64,000 nt of DNA from Candidatus Hodarchaeota archaeon (GTDB lineage Archaea; Asgardarchaeota; Lokiarchaeia; Sigyniarchaeales; SOKP01). This document shows positions 58,890 to 64,000 of the stretch, piece by piece. The notes beneath the pieces were generated by a model. That model had not been told where the DNA came from. It made no database searches and saw nothing but the letters and a program-made list of their open reading frames with translations. The position numbers were made by a program, and so were the translations under genes. The number at the start of each line of letters is the position of its first letter. The first letter of the stretch is position 1. The DNA is taken from contig JBHLJY010000002.1 in the NCBI GenBank assembly GCA_048887225.1, forward strand, positions 128,001-192,000. The letters run 5' to 3'.

Positions 58890-60080
58890 TTATAATTCTT
58901 TATATTCGTCGAGAATCTTATTTGCAACATCTTTAGTATTACCATACTTTCCTTCCTTTCTATATTTTGGTGGTACGGCATCTCTAGGCAAAGTTTTCCA
59001 ATTTTTTTCTACATCAAGCCCTCCAGCTAAAGTATTTTCTAATGCTTTCATTAACTTTTTCGATTCATTTTCAAACCCTAAATAATCAAGCATCATTGTA
59101 GCAGAAATTATGGTAGCAGCAGGATTTGCAATTTTCTTACCGGCTATATCAGGAGCAGAACCATGAGTAGGTTCGAAATATGGGATTTTTGAACCATAAA
59201 CACCCGAGCCAGCAACTCCTAATCCTCCCACTATTTGAGCGGCTTCATCACTCAATATATCACCCATCATATTTGGAAGAACAATAGTATCATGGTAATT
59301 AGGAAATCTAATCAATCTAGCTGCAAAATCATCAACAATATATGTCTCAACTTTTATTTCAGGGAATTCATTCTCAGCTATTTTTCTAATTCTCTTTATG
59401 AACATGCCATCTTGGGTGCGAAATATATTCGGCTTACATACAATTTCGAGCAAGCCTTTTCCAATTCCCTCATTCTTGCGTTTCATACACATTTCACATG
59501 CAACATGCCCTACCCTGTCTGTTGCTTGAGGGGATACTATTCTTAAACTGTATATTGCTTTTTCAGTCCATCTTTCAATATCTGGCTTATAAATTAGTCC
59601 CTTTTTAATCAACTTTGTTAATTTTCCTTCTTTACCAACCGCTGCATAGCTGCCCTGTGTACATTCTCTTATAAAGGTATAATCTATATTTTCAACTAAA
59701 TCTAGTTTGAGATTAGTGTTCATTCCTTTAAAGTATTTAATAGGTCTGATATTGGCATAATTTCCAAGACCCCATCGTAAATATGCAATTACTTGGATAG
59801 CAGTTTCATGGGTAGCCCCAAATAAAACAGCATCACTTTTATCTACTGCTTTCCTTGTTTCTGGGGGAAACGCATTCCCGTGAGTTTCCATGGCACTCTC
59901 TCCACATGGCATTTTTTTTATTTCTAATCCATTAATGTTCATTCCTTCTAAAACGAGAACTGTCGCATTAACCACTGTTGGACCTATTCCATCACCCCCT
60001 AAGGCTGTGACAATCTTTTTTGGTTTATGAATATTAGGACTTTTTAGCACGCTTTTATATTCTCCTGTCATTATTTTCAC
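58890..60080 (-). CDS. Isocitrate/isopropylmalate dehydrogenase family
   Basis: GDGIGP, NMMGDILSD, EPTHGSAPDIAGK..ANP. Confidence 0.88.
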   Translation of the reverse strand: MKIMTGEYKSVLKSPNIHKPKKIVTALGGDGIGPTVVNATVLVLEGMNINGLEIKKMPCGESAMETHGNAFPPETRKAVDKSDAVLFGATHETAIQVIAYLRWGLGNYANIRPIKYFKGMNTNLKLDLVENIDYTFIRECTQGSYAAVGKEGKLTKLIKKGLIYKPDIERWTEKAIYSLRIVSPQATDRVGHVACEMCMKRKNEGIGKGLLEIVCKPNIFRTQDGMFIKRIRKIAENEFPEIKVETYIVDDFAARLIRFPNYHDTIVLPNMMGDILSDEAAQIVGGLGVAGSGVYGSKIPYFEPTHGSAPDIAGKKIANPAATIISATMMLDYLGFENESKKLMKALENTLAGGLDVEKNWKTLPRDAVPPKYRKEGKYGNTKDVANKILDEYKEL

Positions 60081-60082
60081 TC

Positions 60083-60613
60083 TTATCTAGCCTTTAATTC
60101 ATCAATTAGTTGCTTTTCTAAACCTCCTTTTTTCAGAAGATCTAACAGAAGTGGATGAATTTTTTTACCTCTTATCTTTTTATCAGTTCTTAAATTAGTT
60201 ATTTCCGCATTAGGGATATTAATTTCAATCTTATCTCCCGTATCGAATTCCTTAGAGATTCCTTCCACCTCCAAAATAGGAAGTGCTCGGGCAAAAGAAG
60301 ATCTATAAAAAATTCGAGCAAATGACTCTGCTACTATTGCTGCTATACCTTTTTCTTGAAGGATAATAGGTGCAGTTTCTCTGCTCGAGCCACACCCAAA
60401 ATTTCTTCCCGCAATAATGATATCTCCATCTTTAACTTGACTCGGAAATTCTTTAATTAAAGTTTCGCAAGTATGATCCAACGTTCCTTGTAAATCATCG
60501 AAATATTTACTAGGTGAAATTGCGTCTGTATCTACATTATCTGGAAAAACCCAAACTTTTCCTTTTAAAATATCTTTATATTCTTTAATTGCTTTTGATC
60601 CCATTATTGCCAT
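60083..60613 (-). CDS. leuD: Isopropylmalate/homoaconitate hydratase small subunit
   Basis: NVDTDAI, NFGCGSSRE, AESFARIFYR; substrate (Leu vs Lys/other) not resolved. Confidence 0.8.
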   Translation of the reverse strand: MAIMGSKAIKEYKDILKGKVWVFPDNVDTDAISPSKYFDDLQGTLDHTCETLIKEFPSQVKDGDIIIAGRNFGCGSSRETAPIILQEKGIAAIVAESFARIFYRSSFARALPILEVEGISKEFDTGDKIEINIPNAEITNLRTDKKIRGKKIHPLLLDLLKKGGLEKQLIDELKAR

Positions 60614-60624
60614 TTAAATCACTC

Positions 60625-61893
60625 TCAATATTCTCTCGGGTCTGTTATTTCTCCTTTCAAAGCCGAAGCAGCGACAGTAGCAGGAGAACCTAAATAAATT
60701 TCTGCTGCTGGGCTTCCCATACGGCCTTGAAAATTTCTATTAGAACTAGAGATACATTTTTCACTTGGAGCAAGAATCCCTCCAAGAGCTCCAAAACACG
60801 CACCGCAACTTGGATTTGTAATGATAGCACCTGCCCTAATTAATGTCTCAGCAACACCGGATTTAGCGGCTTTAAGCCAAATTTGTTGTGAAGCAGGAGT
60901 TACGATCATTCGAACATCGTTATGAATTCTCTTTCCTTCTAATATTTTAGCAGCTATTTCTAAATCTTCGAACCTTGCATTGGTACAAGATCCTAAAAAT
61001 GCTTGGTTGATTTTAGTTCCTGCAACTTCAGAAACTGGTTTTACATTATCTATAGTATGTGGACAAGAAATCTGGGGTTCCAAATCACTAACATCCATTT
61101 CATATATCTTTTCATATATTGCGTCAGAATCTGGTTTAACTAATTCACAACGTTTGGAAGTTCTTTCTTTAATCCAATCCACAACTTTTTGATCAGGAAC
61201 TCCAAAAGCAAACTTCGCGCCCAATTCAAGAGCAAAGTTAGAAATTGTCATTCTTGATGCGATGCTTAGGTTTTCCATAGTGTCACCTGTAAATTCTATG
61301 GATTTATATGTTGCAACTTCAGCGGAATAATCACCTGCTATTTTGATAATTATATCCTTGCTCATTACATTATCCGGCAGTTCACCTGTAATATTAAATT
61401 TAATTGAGTGAGGCACTCTAAACCATAATTCTCCTTTTACATATGCGTAAAAGAGATCTGTATTACCAAGACCGCAACTAGCAGCATTAAAAGCGCCATA
61501 TGTAGTAGTATGACTATCACCACCAACTATCAACATTCCAGGTCGTATGTGTCCTTTTTCAGGTAAAACTTGATGACAAATTCCTTCCTTAATATCATAA
61601 AAATTTTTGATTCCTTGCTTTCTGACGAAATTTCGAATAAGATCATGAACTGCTGCCCATCTTTCAGAAGGGGCTGGATTATAATGATCAAAAATTACAA
61701 TGATTTTATTTGGATCGAATACCTTTCGTTTTTTAGAAGGTCTTATCTTATTAAAATCCAACACAACTTTCCCAGTTCCTATATGACTCATTATTAAATC
61801 AAGCTTCGCGATAATGATATCTTCTGGTTTAATATCGCTTCCAGAAAGAGAATGAGCCCCTAAAATTTTTTCCGCAATTGTTTGACCACTCAT
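60625..61893 (-). CDS. leuC: Isopropylmalate/homoaconitate hydratase large subunit
   Basis: GICHQV, DSHT, GSCTN, CGAC, NRNFQGRMG; substrate not resolved. Confidence 0.82.
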   Translation of the reverse strand: MSGQTIAEKILGAHSLSGSDIKPEDIIIAKLDLIMSHIGTGKVVLDFNKIRPSKKRKVFDPNKIIVIFDHYNPAPSERWAAVHDLIRNFVRKQGIKNFYDIKEGICHQVLPEKGHIRPGMLIVGGDSHTTTYGAFNAASCGLGNTDLFYAYVKGELWFRVPHSIKFNITGELPDNVMSKDIIIKIAGDYSAEVATYKSIEFTGDTMENLSIASRMTISNFALELGAKFAFGVPDQKVVDWIKERTSKRCELVKPDSDAIYEKIYEMDVSDLEPQISCPHTIDNVKPVSEVAGTKINQAFLGSCTNARFEDLEIAAKILEGKRIHNDVRMIVTPASQQIWLKAAKSGVAETLIRAGAIITNPSCGACFGALGGILAPSEKCISSSNRNFQGRMGSPAAEIYLGSPATVAASALKGEITDPREY

Positions 61894-62058
61894 TTAATTC
61901 CCTCGAAAAAAAATTATTTAAGATAATTTAAGTTCAAATTTTAACCTTATAGATCTATTAGAAATATATTTATTTTTTCAATTAATTTGAACCATAATAT
62001 ATTTTTTGATAGCATCCTTACATATATTGTATCTTATTAAATCAGAATAGGATTAAAA

Positions 62059-62697
62059 ATGTCCGAAAAAAATACTGCGCAAGTAAATAATAGTGCCAGA
62101 CGTGTTCTTTTTCAATCCATGGATCGTATCTTGACCAATCTTAGGGATAATATGGAGCATCTTAGTAAACCGAAATATTTCAAATATACTCAGAGATTTA
62201 TTGATTTAGTCTACGATGGTCTAAAGAATAAGAGAAGATTCTTTTTATTGGCTTCGGGCAGAAGTGCCTTCATATTACAATGTTTTGCTACAAGATTGGT
62301 TCATTTAGGTGCAGAGGTATATATGATCACGAATTTAGCAAGTATACCAGCATTAAGGAGAAAAGATATATTAATAGTACTATCTGGATCTGGTACAACC
62401 AATATTGTGGTAAGTTTACTTGAAACATATGTAAATACTGTAAAACCTTATGGAATTGTTGCGATAACATCTCATCCTGATACTATTATAGGGCGAATTG
62501 GAGATATAACGATAAAACTCAAAGGTCGAACAAAACGGGATAAAGGAAAAGAGGCTGAAGAGGCCATCCTTACTCCTGAAGGAACGATGTTTGAAGCCGT
62601 TGCATTTACTTACTTGGACGCAGTCATCGCTGAATTAGCAATAAGAATGGGTAAAGCTAACGATGATTTATTAAAGGCGCACTCTGAAACTATATAG
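62059..62697 (+). CDS. SIS-domain 6-phospho-3-hexuloisomerase-like protein
   Basis: SGRS, FATRLVHLG, SGSGTT, PEGTMFE; Hps is in the same window. Confidence 0.8.
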   Translation: MSEKNTAQVNNSARRVLFQSMDRILTNLRDNMEHLSKPKYFKYTQRFIDLVYDGLKNKRRFFLLASGRSAFILQCFATRLVHLGAEVYMITNLASIPALRRKDILIVLSGSGTTNIVVSLLETYVNTVKPYGIVAITSHPDTIIGRIGDITIKLKGRTKRDKGKEAEEAILTPEGTMFEAVAFTYLDAVIAELAIRMGKANDDLLKAHSETI

Positions 62698-62797
62698 CCT
62701 AAAAATTAAAGATCTTTTTCTTTCTTTTTTCTTTAAGTTTTTAAAAGATTATTGTATTCTTAAGTAAATTTTAAGTATATCAAAATATATACTTATG

Positions 62798-62872
62798 ATG
62801 TGCCCATTTATAGTGTTTCTAAGAGATTAATTTAAAATTATTACGATGAATAGAAATCTCCAATGGGCACAT
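62798..62872. repeat. Long imperfect inverted repeat between convergent genes
   Basis: ATGTGCCCATT (62798-62808) and AATGGGCACAT (62862-62872), plus inner TTTCTA/TAGAAA. Confidence 0.6.
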
Positions 62873-62887
62873 TCTATTCCTAGTAAT

Positions 62888-63721
62888 TTATATGAGAAGG
62901 GCTCCAATCGCACCACAGAATTCTGAATTTTTTAAAAAAATTGCTTTTTTATTGTTAACTTTACAAATCAATGATAACATTTTTTTTAAAACCTTGTTAT
63001 TCCTAAGAAAACCTCCACAGAAGATTAAATTAATTATATCATTGGTTTCAGCCATTTGACACGCAATTATTCCAATATTTTCACCGATCATATTTATTAA
63101 AGAATTTATAATATCTTCTTTTTGAACTGAATTTACGATAAAATAATCGTTAATTTTCCCAAACGATGCAGCAGTGAATTCTCTAAAAATCGAGTCAACC
63201 CGATCGTCTTCGGGTTCATAAATATCCGATACTTTTAAATCTACATTATATCTATCTCCTTTCTTTGATAAATTCATCGCTTCTGGGAAATCATTAAAGT
63301 TAAATAGTAATTTAATTAATCCCATAAATAGGCCACCTCCAAGAGCGGTTCCTCCCAAATGTTTAAACGATTTCTTTTTCAAAATTATGGAAGTTCCCGT
63401 CCCTATAGTAATTATTAAAGAATCTGGTAAAACTTTTTCTTTGTTTAGCAAGTAAAGAGTTTCTATTCCTTTAATATTTGCTTGAAATTCGTTATATAAT
63501 TTTGTTTCTACTTCTTTTGAATACTTATTATGCAAATTGAAAGCTTTACCACCTGTAAAATTAAACTTTTTATAAAATCCTTTTTTTGAATCTAAAAACT
63601 CAATTATTTCTTCGAAATTTGGTTTAGTTAATATTAAATTAAGATATAAATTATCACCTTCGAGATAAACAATTTTTGTTAAACTTTGTCCCATATCGAT
63701 TCCTATTATATTTGAAGGAAT
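62888..63721 (-). CDS. Type II (fumble-family) pantothenate kinase; N-terminus extends upstream of the ORF-track start
   Basis: IIGIDMGQSLTK begins upstream of ATG 63694; TGG, IGTGTS, GGTALGGG, VDLKVSDIY, AASFGK, GAIGA. Confidence 0.85.
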   Translation of the reverse strand: MPSNIIGIDMGQSLTKIVYLEGDNLYLNLILTKPNFEEIIEFLDSKKGFYKKFNFTGGKAFNLHNKYSKEVETKLYNEFQANIKGIETLYLLNKEKVLPDSLIITIGTGTSIILKKKSFKHLGGTALGGGLFMGLIKLLFNFNDFPEAMNLSKKGDRYNVDLKVSDIYEPEDDRVDSIFREFTAASFGKINDYFIVNSVQKEDIINSLINMIGENIGIIACQMAETNDIINLIFCGGFLRNNKVLKKMLSLICKVNNKKAIFLKNSEFCGAIGALLI

Positions 63722-63870
63722 TTCAATTTTCGATTGATTTATTCGTATTTTTAATAGGTCAATTTTTGAGATTTTTTACCACTTCGCTAAAGGTTTAATT
63801 GAAAAATCCATTATAATATTATAAATTTATTTTGAAATTATAAATTAATTCTCTCAGACTATTTGTTAAA

Positions 63871-64000
63871 ATGGATCTAATAAACTCTGAAACTGTTGAA
63901 GTTGCCATAGTTAAAGGTCAGACCCCTAAGGAAACTGTGTTAAATGGAATCGATAAACTCGGAGGGATTTATAAATATATTAATAATGGAGATCAAGTAT
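63871..64000 (+). CDS. DUF362-like protein, N-terminal fragment (runs off window)
   Basis: MDLINSETVEVAIVKG...IDKLGGIYKYINNGDQV. Confidence 0.55.
   Translation, partial: MDLINSETVEVAIVKGQTPKETVLNGIDKLGGIYKYINNGDQV

Noticed and set aside
402-61797. Many short ORF-track entries overlapping real genes (e.g. 402-593, 4808-5065, 6682-7116, 19032-19325, 52828-53172, 58405-58812)
   Set aside because: Antisense or alternate-frame shadows of well-supported genes, with no motifs
1-64000. CRISPR arrays, tRNA/rRNA genes, transposases or integrases
   Set aside because: No regularly spaced repeats, GC-rich structured RNA blocks or recombinase motifs were seen by eye

Overview
AT-rich, gene-dense archaeal chromosome segment. 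Gene content points to an Asgard archaeon, most likely Lokiarchaeia (inference): KEOPS, S6e/L24e/L7Ae/S28e, TFB, histone, gelsolins, a BAR-like protein, a longin-like domain and ubiquitin machinery. I found no rRNA, tRNA, CRISPR array or transposase. The main feature is a ubiquitin-like/proteasome locus at about 48.0-56.2 kb. On the minus strand it reads: proteasome beta lacking Thr1, coiled-coil RING protein, [plus-strand coiled-coil gene], Ubl ending -AG, Uba2/Uba3-like E1, E2, JAMM peptidase, and a ~6-TM protein with a C-terminal RING (Hrd1-like architecture). This is a candidate membrane-associated, ERAD-like quality-control system. Other notable items: a 1246-aa prenyltransferase-like/winged-helix/coiled-coil/longin-like protein that splits proB from proA; a FAM92-like BAR protein; two gelsolin-domain proteins; three genes that appear to need non-canonical (ATT/CTG) starts, including S28e, which the ORF track missed; one gene with an in-frame amber codon; and two intergenic inverted repeats. 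All family assignments come from motif recognition by eye; no database searches were run.
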